Shown: positions 20,726 to 30,332, numbered from the stretch's first letter. The stretch is 64,000 nt of DNA from Ignavibacteriota bacterium (GCA_963787835.1 CAWBEI010000006.1:96001-160000); one strand, 5' to 3'. The notes: generated by a model not told the origin, from the sequence alone. Translations and numbers: made by a program.

Positions 20726-20798
20726 GGGCCTGTAGCTCATCTGGTAGAGCGCGTCGTTCGCAACGACGAGGTAAGGGGTTCGAGTCCCCTCAGGTCCA
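20726..20798 (+). tRNA. tRNA-Ala (anticodon CGC)
   Basis: Acceptor GGGCCTG/CAGGTCC with G3:U70, D-arm GCTC/GAGC, anticodon stem CGTCG-TTCGCAA-CGACG, T-loop GGTTCGAGTCC; CCA not encoded. Confidence 0.95.
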
Positions 20799-20807
20799 CA
20801 ACCCTAC

Positions 20808-21401
20808 ATGCCGATACTCCCGATCTATACCTTCGATCATCCCGTCCTGCGCCAGGAGACCTCGCCGATCGAAGAGGATTCTGCTGAGCTGCAGAAGCTT
20901 ATTAAAAACCTTGTTTTAACGATGCGAAATGCGGAGGGTCTTGGGCTTGCAGCGAATCAGGTTGGGAAATCCTTGGCGCTTACCGTGATCGACTTAAAGC
21001 ATGTTCCCGGTATGGAGGATAGGGGAGAATTGGTGCTAATAAATCCGGCGCTTATAGGCACCGAAGGTGAGTCTGTGTTCGAGGAGGGTTGCCTGAGTCT
21101 TCCAGGAATCCGAGAAGAGATCATTCGCCCAGAAAAGATAGGTGTCAAATTTTTGGATAAGAATCTCAACGAAGTTGAGATCGAGGCAGAGAAAATTTTG
21201 GCACGCGTTATCCAGCACGAGATCGATCATTTACACGGCAAGTACTTCATCGATTATCTCTCACCGTTTAAGTTGTCGCTCCTGAAAACCAAGCTTTCCA
21301 AAATGATGCGAGGCACGGTTGAAACGGAATATCCACTGGCTCCGCCATCCGGGCAGATACATAAGCCCAAAGGAAAAGTCCGCAAACTTCGCGGAATGTA
21401 G
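20808..21401 (+). CDS. def: Peptide deformylase
   Basis: GLGLAANQVG, EGCLS, QHEIDHL. Confidence 0.97.
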   Translation: MPILPIYTFDHPVLRQETSPIEEDSAELQKLIKNLVLTMRNAEGLGLAANQVGKSLALTVIDLKHVPGMEDRGELVLINPALIGTEGESVFEEGCLSLPGIREEIIRPEKIGVKFLDKNLNEVEIEAEKILARVIQHEIDHLHGKYFIDYLSPFKLSLLKTKLSKMMRGTVETEYPLAPPSGQIHKPKGKVRKLRGM

Positions 21402-21601
21402 TCCATTTTCCCGCAACGGGAAATCATTGTATTTCAATCGATTATAGATGCATAGACGCGTCGCGCCCATCCGTATGACATTATTGAGTGGATAAGTTAA
21501 ATGTCCATAAGATACATTATGTAAAGTCACAATTGTATGGAGTGTCTGTGGATATTCCCTGCCGACGCACATTCCAACAATCTCCAAAAATCCCACGAAT
21601 C

Positions 21602-22720
21602 TCAGTCTCGTTTGGTATCCCGGATCACATTAAGTGACCGCATATTCTTTTCGGCAAACTCAAAGATCTCCCCAACGTCCGTCTGACTTCGCAACCAATC
21701 GACATATTCCTGAACGCTCTCCCGGACCGACCCTCGCGGCTCCCAGCCGACTGCCCGGATCTTCGAAATATCCGAGCAGGAATTCCTCGTATCCCCGAAC
21801 CGGAATACCCCGGGAATGCTCGGCTCGATCTCCTCACTGTCTGAGATCTTCGCCACAATTCGGTCAAATTCTTTCACTGAATAGGCTTTTCCGCCGCCTA
21901 CATTGAACTGCTGGCCGACCATTTGGTCGTTATCCAGAGCCAGCAGATTTGCCTTTACCACATCACGGTAATTTACGAAATCCCGGTGCATCAATCCATC
22001 CTCGTAGATCGTCGGTGCCTTCTTGAAGAAATAATGCAAGGCGAAAATTCTGCACGCTCCGGAATACGCATTATAGAACGATTGCCTCGGCCCCTGAACA
22101 ATAGAATAACGCAGCGCCACGCTTGGGATCTCATATTTTCGTCCAAACGAAAGCGCCATTTTCTCCTGTGATTCTTTCGAAAGCGCGTATTGGTTCTCCG
22201 GGTGCGAAAAGCTTTCCGGGGTCCATTGCCACTGAACTTCACGTCCGCATTCAGGGCAATTCATCGCCCAATCGCCGCGCTCTAATTGCTCGACAGGGCG
22301 TGAGCTGGGCGCTACAAGTTCATGCAAATCACAGAGATACAGTCCCTCACCATTTACCGCTTGCGAACTAGCAACAACCACCCGTTTTATAGGCAATTTA
22401 TTGGCTACGATCAGCTCGTAGAGCAGCGCGGTTCCGACAGCATTTACACTGAAAAAAGTGCTGAAATCAGGCAGATAATCTTGATAAGCCGCTAAATGGA
22501 TTACTGCATCAACACCTTGCAATGCTTCGAGAAAAACCCTCGGATCACGGACATCTCCAATTATTAGTTTAGCTTTAGGATGAAGATACGTCGGTATTCC
22601 CTTCAAATGCACCGGCTTAGAAAGATTATCTAAGAGAACGACATCATCCCCTCGCTCGATGAGCGCATCCGCCGTATGCGAGCCAATAAATCCGGCTCCG
22701 CCGGTAATAAGTATCTTCAT
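21602..22720 (-). CDS. NAD-dependent epimerase/dehydratase (extended SDR)
   Basis: GGAGFIG, YALSK catalytic motif, RDFV. Confidence 0.9.
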   Translation of the reverse strand: MKILITGGAGFIGSHTADALIERGDDVVLLDNLSKPVHLKGIPTYLHPKAKLIIGDVRDPRVFLEALQGVDAVIHLAAYQDYLPDFSTFFSVNAVGTALLYELIVANKLPIKRVVVASSQAVNGEGLYLCDLHELVAPSSRPVEQLERGDWAMNCPECGREVQWQWTPESFSHPENQYALSKESQEKMALSFGRKYEIPSVALRYSIVQGPRQSFYNAYSGACRIFALHYFFKKAPTIYEDGLMHRDFVNYRDVVKANLLALDNDQMVGQQFNVGGGKAYSVKEFDRIVAKISDSEEIEPSIPGVFRFGDTRNSCSDISKIRAVGWEPRGSVRESVQEYVDWLRSQTDVGEIFEFAEKNMRSLNVIRDTKRD

Positions 22721-23200
22721 TTAATCTTTCTTCTCCCCGAGTTCATTAACCCAGCCCACATGAACCGCTGGATTGCCGACGACAAGTTCGAAATCTTTAA
22801 CGGGTTTCGTAACAACAGCGCCTGCACCGATCATGGCAAATTTGCCAATGTGTGCACCGGGGAGAATCGTCGCATTGGCGCCGATCGATGCGCCCTCGCC
22901 AATTAGCGTCCGCTCAGCGTGCTCGTGATAGACTCGGCTCCTTGGGCGCATATCATTTGTGAACGCTGCGTTCGGGCCAACGAAAACCTTATCCCCGATC
23001 TCGACGCCATCCCACACGCTAACTCCATTCTTGACGGTCACGTCATTGCCAATGACTACTCCAGACTCGATAAACGAGTGATCCCCGATATTGCACCGCT
23101 CGCCTATCTTTGCGCCCTTCATCACATGCGCGAACGCCCACACGCGCGTGCCAGCGCCAATCTCTGAAGATTCGACGAGCGCGTTAGGATGGATAAAAAT
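22721..23200 (-). CDS. Hexapeptide-repeat sugar N-acetyltransferase (WbpD/WxcM-like); start codon uncertain
   Basis: The reading frame extends upstream of the track's GTG (23143) as DIFIHPNALVESSEIGAGTRVWAFAH; FVGPN..FTND..PRS, GASIGANATI, VGNPA. Confidence 0.85.
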   Translation of the reverse strand: MFIHPNALVESSEIGAGTRVWAFAHVMKGAKIGERCNIGDHSFIESGVVIGNDVTVKNGVSVWDGVEIGDKVFVGPNAAFTNDMRPRSRVYHEHAERTLIGEGASIGANATILPGAHIGKFAMIGAGAVVTKPVKDFELVVGNPAVHVGWVNELGEKKD

Positions 23201-23249
23201 GTCTGAACTGTTATTGATGGGATTTCTGAGATTTATTGGATTTTTGTTC

Positions 23250-23277
23250 TGTCATTCCCGCGAAAACGGGAATTCAG
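23250..23277 (+). repeat. dRS3-like REP half (left)
   Basis: TGTCATTCCCGCGAAAACGGGAATTCAG = ATTCCC-N8-GGGAAT. Confidence 0.7.
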
Positions 23278-23308
23278 ACCACGTCAAGTTCATCAATTCT
23301 GATAGTAG

Positions 23309-23392
23309 CATCTCAAACATCTCATCCATCTCATAAATCCCGGTTCATCCTATTTCCCTCTCGATCCTCATCCACTAACTGCCCAACTTCGA
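23309..23392. repeat. Degenerate direct repeat of 24088-24176 (duplicated 3' end of the oxidoreductase gene plus nonamer repeats)
   Basis: CATCTCAAACATCTCATCCATCTCATAAATCCCGGTTCA..CTATTTCCCTCTCGATC vs CATCTCAAGCATCCCGTCTATCCCATAAATCCTGGTTCA..CTATTTCCCGCTCGATC. Confidence 0.75.
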
Positions 23393-23394
23393 TG

Positions 23395-23721
23395 TCAGAT
23401 GTACTTTACCATTCCGCGCAAATCTTCGCCAGCATGGTAAAGCGATACAGCCTCTAAGATAACCTGCCCAATGGAAGAATGGCGAGTAGAATAAAATAAA
23501 ATTCCAGAATGATTTGGGTGGCGCGATGCTATTCGAAGAAAATCGGAGTCTTGTGTAATGATAACTCGCTGTTCACGTTGTGCAAATCTAAATTGAATTT
23601 CATCGCTGGCTTTTAGTAATCCCGTTTCCTGAGTTGTTGTGACATCCAGTCCTTGTAGGCGCATTCCATTGGCAATTTTGGGACTCACATTTTCGTCTAA
23701 ATGAAAGCGAATAGAGACCAT
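23395..23721 (-). CDS. DUF5615 PIN-like toxin (VapC45-like)
   Basis: RFHLDENV, ASDE, RVIITQDSDF, HSGI; about 108 aa, downstream of DUF433. Confidence 0.85.
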   Translation of the reverse strand: MVSIRFHLDENVSPKIANGMRLQGLDVTTTQETGLLKASDEIQFRFAQREQRVIITQDSDFLRIASRHPNHSGILFYSTRHSSIGQVILEAVSLYHAGEDLRGMVKYI

Positions 23722-23723
23722 GT

Positions 23724-24020
23724 TTAGCGGCCTTGGAATGCTTCGCTCAAAGATAATTTTCCTGACTTCAAGTCGCGTATAAGAGCATCTTCCTCTTCAA
23801 AGACTTGATCAATTTCTCTTTTGTGGTCGTGATAATACGCAAGAGCTGCATACACTGCGGCAATGGGCAAATTCCAGTCCGATGCGATCTCCTCGACAGA
23901 CATTTTCTGGAAATAATGATAAGCTACGACATCCTTCACTGCGAACCGTGTACCCGCAATGCGTGGCTTGCCAAAGCAGGTATCCTGATCAGAAACAATA
24001 TGGTCGATGCTGAGTGTCAT
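23724..24020 (-). CDS. DUF433 antitoxin
   Basis: CFGKPRIAGTRFAV, EEIA, VYAALAYY.DH..EI. Confidence 0.88.
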   Translation of the reverse strand: MTLSIDHIVSDQDTCFGKPRIAGTRFAVKDVVAYHYFQKMSVEEIASDWNLPIAAVYAALAYYHDHKREIDQVFEEEDALIRDLKSGKLSLSEAFQGR

Positions 24021-24062
24021 AATTATGGTAACGGAATTAACTCAACAATGTTCCCGAAATGT

Positions 24063-24088
24063 CTGGATTCCCCATGTGAGGGAATCTC
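24063..24088 (-). repeat. Degenerate dRS3-like REP half (right)
   Basis: CTGGATTCCCCATGTGAGGGAATCTC (ATTCCC-N7-GGGAAT), inverted relative to the 23250 copy. Confidence 0.5.
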
Positions 24089-24123
24089 ATCTCAAGCATC
24101 CCGTCTATCCCATAAATCCTGGT

Positions 24124-25128
24124 TCAGGCTTTCTCTATTTCCCGCTCGATCATCTCCAACAGCCGCACTACTTCGACTCCAATTTTTCCGCCATTGATCG
24201 GTTCCTTGCCGGTTTCGATGCAATCGACGAAATGACGGCATTCGGCAGCGAGTGGTTCGTGGCGTGGTAGCGTGGGAATGAAGATGTCGCCGGGACGATA
24301 TGTTAGCTCTGCCGCCTGGGATTCATCTGCACCCACGCGAGTATCAACTCCTTGAGAATAGATCTTAATTTTTTCTGAGGGTTGCATATCGTCGAACACA
24401 ACCGTTCCATGCTCTGCCGATATTTGCATCAGACGAACTTTGTTTGAAGTCACCCAGCTCACATGCACATGCGCGGTTACGCCGCACTCGAACTCGATGA
24501 AAATATGCGTGAGGTCGGCAAGTTCATCCTTCACAAAACTTCCCGCCATGACGCGCATTGAGCGCACCTCAGTGGAAAGTCCGGTTTGCCACATGATGTA
24601 AATAAGAATGGAGAGATCATGCGGCGCAAGATCCCAGACGACATCTACTTCGGATTGAGGCGGGCCAAGGTTAATGCGAATAGAATCGATGTGAAAAAGC
24701 GTACCTAAATTCCCGCTCCCGATCCGCGCTGCGAGCCACTCGACTGCCGGAGAAAATTGATACACATGGCCGACCGTGAGTACTCGATTTAGCGAATTGG
24801 CCAGATCATGGAGCCTGCGTGCATCCTCATACGAATACGCCATCGGCTTCTCGATCATGGCGTGCTTGCCAGCTTCGAGCACTTGCCTTCCTACTTCGTA
24901 ATGGCTCGGAACGGAGGTCGCGACGACGATCGCATCGATTTCTTCATCTCGAAGCAGATCGTTCATATCATCCGTCACACGAATATGCGGGTATCGCTTC
25001 GAGACAAACTGCAAACGGCCTTGCTTCTTATCCGCAACGGCCACAATAGCAGCGCCCTCCGTGTCATTGAACGCACGGACAAGATTCGATCCCCAATACC
25101 CCGCACCGATAATACCAATTTTTACCAT
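24124..25128 (-). CDS. Gfo/Idh/MocA family oxidoreductase (WbpB-like nucleotide-sugar dehydrogenase)
   Basis: IGAGYWG, EKPMA, WDLAPHDLS, EPL..EC.HF. Confidence 0.88.
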   Translation of the reverse strand: MVKIGIIGAGYWGSNLVRAFNDTEGAAIVAVADKKQGRLQFVSKRYPHIRVTDDMNDLLRDEEIDAIVVATSVPSHYEVGRQVLEAGKHAMIEKPMAYSYEDARRLHDLANSLNRVLTVGHVYQFSPAVEWLAARIGSGNLGTLFHIDSIRINLGPPQSEVDVVWDLAPHDLSILIYIMWQTGLSTEVRSMRVMAGSFVKDELADLTHIFIEFECGVTAHVHVSWVTSNKVRLMQISAEHGTVVFDDMQPSEKIKIYSQGVDTRVGADESQAAELTYRPGDIFIPTLPRHEPLAAECRHFVDCIETGKEPINGGKIGVEVVRLLEMIEREIEKA

Positions 25129-25133
25129 GTGTT

Positions 25134-25251
25134 ATAGTTGATAGTTGAAAGTGGATAGTGGATAATTCAACATAAATTACAGGTTTAGCTTCCATGCGTG
25201 GAATAGTTATCGCTTCTAAACTATACACTATCCACTTTCCGTTATCTACTT
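25134..25251. repeat. Inverted pair of heptamer tandem arrays (ATAGTKG)n ... (CCACTAT)n
   Basis: ATAGTTG ATAGTTG AAAGTGG ATAGTGG and AAACTAT ACACTAT CCACTTT can pair into a long hairpin. Confidence 0.65.
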
Positions 25252-26709
25252 TTACCCCCCGCCTTTTCCGGTCAGGACAACACCGATCGTACGTAATATA
25301 ATCGCGCCATCGAGCCAGGGCGATATATTGTGAATGTAATACAGATCGAGAATGACCATATCGTTAAAGCTCACGCTGCTCCGACCGCTTACTTGCCACA
25401 GCCCTGTGATTCCCGGGCGAACGGCGAAGCGCTCCTTGTGCCAGCTTGCGTATTGCTCGTACTCATAAGGCAGGCACGGGCGCGGCCCGACCAATGACAT
25501 ATTTCCCAGAACAACATTCCAAAGTTGGGGCAATTCATCGAGGGAATGTTTTCGAAGCCATCGCCCGATCGGCGTGACGCGCGGATCGTTAGCGAGCTTT
25601 CCGGTTGGTCTACTTCCCAAACGAATGTGCTCGCTTACGTGATCGCGATGGACTTCATCCTTTTTTCCGTGATACATCGTTCGAAATTTATACCACCGAA
25701 ACGCCCGTCCGTTTTGACCGATCACCTGGGTATGATAAAATAATGGTCCGCGGCTTCCTAATTTGATCGCAAGCGCAATGACACCGAGAAATGGTGAGAT
25801 CAGAATAATTCCGACAACGGCACCAAGAACATCGATGGCTTTTTTCAAATAATTTCCATAAAAGCCGTGAAGGCCATTAGAGATAGGAGATGCCGATACG
25901 TTGAGGAATTCCGAAGCACTTCTGGTAACCCGCTCCTGCACTACTTTGAAATGATCGCTCAGCAAATGAATGGGAACGCCTGACTCGCGAGCCTCGGAAA
26001 TAAGCCGGACCACATCCTCGTATGGAAGACTGTTCTCAGCAACCACGACCTCGTGAATATTATTAGCAGGCACGAACTCCCGAAGAAATGGTACGGTTGT
26101 TAGTTTCAATGCCGCAACGGGCTCCGGTGGAAAATTCCCATCCTGAGCAACGATGGCGACGATCTCGAACGGACGTGTTTTTCCGGACATAAACTGTGTA
26201 AGCAATTCATGTGCATCCTCGCTCATTCCAACAAGTAAGATGCGACGAACTTCAAGACCAGAAATAGCTGGAAGCAGTAATTTCCTAAACAGAAAGATCC
26301 GAAAGATCGAAAGAAACACGAGCGATGATAGCGTAAATAAAAGCAGATTGGTACGGCTGTGAAGGATCCAATCCTCGCGCACAAAAAAGAGAACGGCTAT
26401 CAACAGCAACGCATTAATGAGCAACGCGCGGGAAAGCTGCGCGAATTGCATCACGCCCGTAGAATAGATCTTGAGTTTATAGAGTAGATGCTGTCGAAAA
26501 ATAAGCACCAATAATGGAAATGATGCATAGAGCACCGCAACCCGAAGAATATATTCACCCATCGAATGCCGGGTATCGTATTCATCGATCCCGGTGAAGT
26601 AATGCAGTACCACCGTTGCAACCGCAGCAAGCGTTACCCCAAGCCAGTCGAGGATCACCAACGTAATTTTTGGCCATCCGTGGCGGCGAATGGTTGCTGC
26701 AAACATCAT
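25252..26709 (-). CDS. Polyprenyl-phosphate sugar phosphotransferase (priming GT, WcaJ/WbaP-like)
   Basis: N-terminal TMs, KFRTM, DPRVT, SLDELPQL, MSLVGPRP, PGITGLWQV. Confidence 0.92.
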   Translation of the reverse strand: MMFAATIRRHGWPKITLVILDWLGVTLAAVATVVLHYFTGIDEYDTRHSMGEYILRVAVLYASFPLLVLIFRQHLLYKLKIYSTGVMQFAQLSRALLINALLLIAVLFFVREDWILHSRTNLLLFTLSSLVFLSIFRIFLFRKLLLPAISGLEVRRILLVGMSEDAHELLTQFMSGKTRPFEIVAIVAQDGNFPPEPVAALKLTTVPFLREFVPANNIHEVVVAENSLPYEDVVRLISEARESGVPIHLLSDHFKVVQERVTRSASEFLNVSASPISNGLHGFYGNYLKKAIDVLGAVVGIILISPFLGVIALAIKLGSRGPLFYHTQVIGQNGRAFRWYKFRTMYHGKKDEVHRDHVSEHIRLGSRPTGKLANDPRVTPIGRWLRKHSLDELPQLWNVVLGNMSLVGPRPCLPYEYEQYASWHKERFAVRPGITGLWQVSGRSSVSFNDMVILDLYYIHNISPWLDGAIILRTIGVVLTGKGGG

Positions 26710-27828
26710 TTAGGAGCGTGCCCCTTTCGCCATGTAAAAATCCCGGATGCTCTCCGCAACAAAGGCGATCTGTTCCGGCATCAGTTCGGGATACATCGGC
26801 AATGAAAGAATGCGCTTGGCACCGCGCTCTGCTCGCGGAAATGCGCCTTCTTTATACCCTAAATTCTGGAAACACGGTTGAAGATGCAACGGTATTGGAT
26901 AGTGCAGCCCCGTCGCGATCTCTCGTTGCTCCAGAAAGACGCGAAGTGCATCGCGTTCGGCAGCCTGAATGACAAAGAGATGATACACATGCTCCGCGCC
27001 GTTGCGAACGTTAGGAAGTTGGATCTCCGGAATATCGGCAAGCAGTTTACGATATTGCTCTGCGTGTCGCCTTCGTGCTTCGGTCCAGTCTCCAAGATGG
27101 CTGAGTTTCACGCCTAAAATAGCTCCCTGCAACGCCTCTAAGCGATAGTTATGTCCTGCAATAGTGTGCCAATATTTGTTTTCGGAACCGTGATCTCGAA
27201 TACGCCGCATTTTTTCGGCAAGCGCTGTATCGTTCGTCAGCACCGCTCCCGCTTCTCCATAGGCACCGAGATTCTTACCGGGATAAAAGCTAAATCCCGT
27301 TGCAGCAGCCCATGCACCAGCCTTCTTTCCATCCCACGAAGCCAGGTGTGCCTGCGCTGCATCTTCAACAATAAAAAGCCCGTGCCGCCGCGCTATGAAT
27401 GTGAGTTCCTCCATCTCCGCGATCTGTCCATACAGATGCACTGGCATAATAGCACGGGTTCTTCGTGTGATCTTGCGTTCGACATCCTCTGGATCGAGGG
27501 TGTAATACTCATCATGGTCGGCAAAGATCGGTTTCGCACCACAGAGCAGGACCGCCTCTGCAGTTGCGATGAAGGTATTCGCGGGAACGATCACCTCATC
27601 ACCAGCCTTAATACCAAGCGCCCACAGTGCAAGATGAAGCGCAGAAGTGCCGTTATTAGTAGCAACACAATCCAAAGAACCCTGCGCTAATGCGAAGGCT
27701 TTTTCGAACGCCGCAATTTCCGGCCCGAGAATGTATTGGGTAGAGTCGAGCACGCGGTGAACTGCCACTGTGATCTCTTCGCGAATAGATTGATATTGAG
27801 TTTTTAGATCGAGGAATGGAACGCGCAT
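26710..27828 (-). CDS. DegT/DnrJ/EryC1/StrS PLP sugar aminotransferase (WbpE-like)
   Basis: VPFLDL, NGTSAL, PVHLYGQ, EDAAQAH, SFYPGKNLGAYGEAG, LSLPMYP. Confidence 0.93.
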   Translation of the reverse strand: MRVPFLDLKTQYQSIREEITVAVHRVLDSTQYILGPEIAAFEKAFALAQGSLDCVATNNGTSALHLALWALGIKAGDEVIVPANTFIATAEAVLLCGAKPIFADHDEYYTLDPEDVERKITRRTRAIMPVHLYGQIAEMEELTFIARRHGLFIVEDAAQAHLASWDGKKAGAWAAATGFSFYPGKNLGAYGEAGAVLTNDTALAEKMRRIRDHGSENKYWHTIAGHNYRLEALQGAILGVKLSHLGDWTEARRRHAEQYRKLLADIPEIQLPNVRNGAEHVYHLFVIQAAERDALRVFLEQREIATGLHYPIPLHLQPCFQNLGYKEGAFPRAERGAKRILSLPMYPELMPEQIAFVAESIRDFYMAKGARS

Positions 27829-27830
27829 GG

Positions 27831-29150
27831 TTACGTTGCAGGCTGAATGCCTATTTGTTCTTTGAGGGCCACTATTTCTTCTTCATCCAGCACAAGATTT
27901 TCTTTACCAGCGCTTACGCGGTATTCATACGACATTCGCGCGCCGAATCCCATGAAGACGAATAGATATTGTGTGAATACGTAAAAATAAAAAAAGGTGT
28001 TATCGCTGCTACAACTTACCGCAAACATGATAGGCGTCATGATAAGTATTGCTTTGAGCGGAAAATATTGCTTAAATCCACGCCCCCAGAGAAGGCCGCG
28101 AATGAACATATCGGATAGCCCAAGATAGAACAGCCAAAGCCCTATCTTCCCTCCATCGAAGCGAATGCGAAGGTATTCATCATGCGGAGCGCCTACAAGC
28201 GTTACATGTGCCACAAGCCATGCCGCGTATGTTTCGGTCCCACCCGCACCGAAGCCCCAGATTGGACGCTCCTCCGCTTTGTCCTCAAAATATTTCTGGA
28301 AAAAACCCCGGCCACTGTCTCGCATATTCAGGGATTGATCCTCATTCAAGAACTTATTCCGGGTTGGCAGCACAAAGATCAGGCCGATTAACACCGACAT
28401 AAAAACTACGCCAATAATAGTAAAACGTACGTTGCGCCTATAAAGAATTGCGACGAGCGAGCCGACAAGAAAAACGATCGTTGGGGTACGGCTCGCGGAG
28501 AGTAACAGCAATAGCACATCGACCAGATAGAGCGTCATTAATTTCCACTCAAACTTCTCCATCATGCGCATCATTAAGATCGTTCCCATCGTTACATAAA
28601 AGTATGCCGTGACGGTTCTATAGCCAATAACACCTTCGGTCATTGCACCATAAGCCTTGATCGTATTCCACCCGGTCAGAGCCGTATAAAGATCGAAGAC
28701 CGCAACAACAACATTGATCGCCATCATCCATTGGTAATAACGCTTGAGATGATAATCATTTTGAATGACATTAAATGCAACAAGATAGAGCGCAGACGGT
28801 AAAGCGATCTCCAGTACCGTGCGAACACCTGTGGAGAAGTTATCTGTCCAGAGTAACGAAACACAGTAGTATCCCAGGAACAGCCACCATAACTTCGGAG
28901 AATATTTCCATGCACGCTTGCGTTCGGCGGAACTTAGCTGCATCCAGGTAATGATGCACACGGCCATTGGCAATACGCCGCTGAACAGCTCGACCTTTGT
29001 AAATCCAAGATTAATGAAAATGCTCTTGAACCCGAAGATAATATAAAAAATAGGCGTCGCAAAGGACCATAAAATGGTATAAGGCCGCTGCGTCCTTGAG
29101 ATCAATCCCAGGAACGCCAGTAAAAGCCCTATGCCGAATAGATCAGTCAC
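27831..29150 (-). CDS. O-antigen polymerase/ligase family (Wzy/WaaL-like) membrane protein
   Basis: Multi-TM; SRT, SGR, WGFGAG, PHDEYL motifs. Confidence 0.75.
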   Translation of the reverse strand: MTDLFGIGLLLAFLGLISRTQRPYTILWSFATPIFYIIFGFKSIFINLGFTKVELFSGVLPMAVCIITWMQLSSAERKRAWKYSPKLWWLFLGYYCVSLLWTDNFSTGVRTVLEIALPSALYLVAFNVIQNDYHLKRYYQWMMAINVVVAVFDLYTALTGWNTIKAYGAMTEGVIGYRTVTAYFYVTMGTILMMRMMEKFEWKLMTLYLVDVLLLLLSASRTPTIVFLVGSLVAILYRRNVRFTIIGVVFMSVLIGLIFVLPTRNKFLNEDQSLNMRDSGRGFFQKYFEDKAEERPIWGFGAGGTETYAAWLVAHVTLVGAPHDEYLRIRFDGGKIGLWLFYLGLSDMFIRGLLWGRGFKQYFPLKAILIMTPIMFAVSCSSDNTFFYFYVFTQYLFVFMGFGARMSYEYRVSAGKENLVLDEEEIVALKEQIGIQPAT

Positions 29151-29156
29151 TATCTA

Positions 29157-30326
29157 TCAATTATTGCTGCGCACGAAATGTGCTGGTACACCAACAGCTT
29201 GGCCCTCACGAATTATCCATTCGTAGATTGCCATTTGTGCCTTTGCGATCGTTTCATTCGTGAAACGATCCTTTACTCTGGTTCTACCCATAGATGCCAA
29301 CCGCTGCCGTTCATTTTCATTTGAGTAAAGACGATCAAGATGTACAGCTAGTTGAGATTGGTCGCCTTCATTGAAGATGAGACCTGCATCCCCGATCACA
29401 TTCGGTATTTCACCGGAGGATGATCCGATGAGCGGAATGCCCAACGCCATAGCTTCGAGCAAAATATGTCCGAATTGCTCGACCCATTTCGGAGTAGATC
29501 TGCTTGGCAATACAAGTACATCCATTTTTGAGAGATGGGCTGATAGCTCCTCATTCCGCACTGCTGGATGGTGCAACAATGTAATAGAATGCTCGGATGC
29601 CGCTCGCCTTACTTTTTCGAGAGCATCACCGGCGCCGACAAAATAAAGCAAGACATCACTTTTGTTCTTCATCCCGCTAACCGCGCCCACCAGATCGAGC
29701 ACGCCCTTTTCTTCAGCGATCCGGCCAGCGTACCCGATCGTAAATCGGGTATCCGATCGAGGTGAATCCAAATGAGAAACATGAGTTGGCAGATCGATCC
29801 CTAATTGTGGCAAAACATATATGGGCCGGGTAAAGCCATGCGCCCGAAGTACTTCCTTCGCAGAACTGTTCCCCGCAATGGCAGCACTGGAATGAGCCAG
29901 ATTAAATAATTCCGTCATTTTTTTTATTCCGTGTGGCATATAAGGCAAATTCCACCAGGTAAAAAAAAGTGCGCGCGATGTTGGGCTAATCAATTTGAGC
30001 GCCCATAAAATTTGATAGTACGATAGCGCATACGCTCCCTGCTCCACATGAACAATGTCCGGTTTCAATCGCCGAATCGTACCAACAATGGCTGGCGAAA
30101 AAACATAAGCGCTTTCTTTGCCAATAAACATGGCGCGAATAATATGGTGCGTAACATTCGGAGCTTTCGAAGTATCGAACGCATCGGCTCGATTCGCATA
30201 GAGAGGTCCGCGCCATGCTTGTGGAGTAACGAGCGTGATCTCAACATTCGGGTATAGTGCAAGCGCCGCGATCTTCGCCTGATTGGCGCGAACGGTATAA
30301 GTGTGCCCGACATAGAGTATCTTCAT
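29157..30326 (-). CDS. Glycosyltransferase family 4
   Basis: GYAGRIAEEKGV, VLPSRS...EQFGHILLEAMA. Confidence 0.9.
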   Translation of the reverse strand: MKILYVGHTYTVRANQAKIAALALYPNVEITLVTPQAWRGPLYANRADAFDTSKAPNVTHHIIRAMFIGKESAYVFSPAIVGTIRRLKPDIVHVEQGAYALSYYQILWALKLISPTSRALFFTWWNLPYMPHGIKKMTELFNLAHSSAAIAGNSSAKEVLRAHGFTRPIYVLPQLGIDLPTHVSHLDSPRSDTRFTIGYAGRIAEEKGVLDLVGAVSGMKNKSDVLLYFVGAGDALEKVRRAASEHSITLLHHPAVRNEELSAHLSKMDVLVLPSRSTPKWVEQFGHILLEAMALGIPLIGSSSGEIPNVIGDAGLIFNEGDQSQLAVHLDRLYSNENERQRLASMGRTRVKDRFTNETIAKAQMAIYEWIIREGQAVGVPAHFVRSNN

Positions 30327-30332
30327 TCCTTT

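Noticed and set aside
20726-20798. tRNA-Ala as an att site for a prophage or island
   Set aside because: No duplicated tRNA 3' end or integrase was seen; def follows 9 nt later
21450-21480. Possible REP remnant GACGCGTCGCGCCC
   Set aside because: Too short and degenerate, with no partner arm
23309-24176. DGR template/variable repeat pair
   Set aside because: No reverse transcriptase in the window, and the differences include indels and are not adenine-specific
23204-25251. CRISPR array suggested by short repeats
   Set aside because: The repeats are 7- or 9-bp tandem units or palindromes without regular unique spacers, and there are no cas genes
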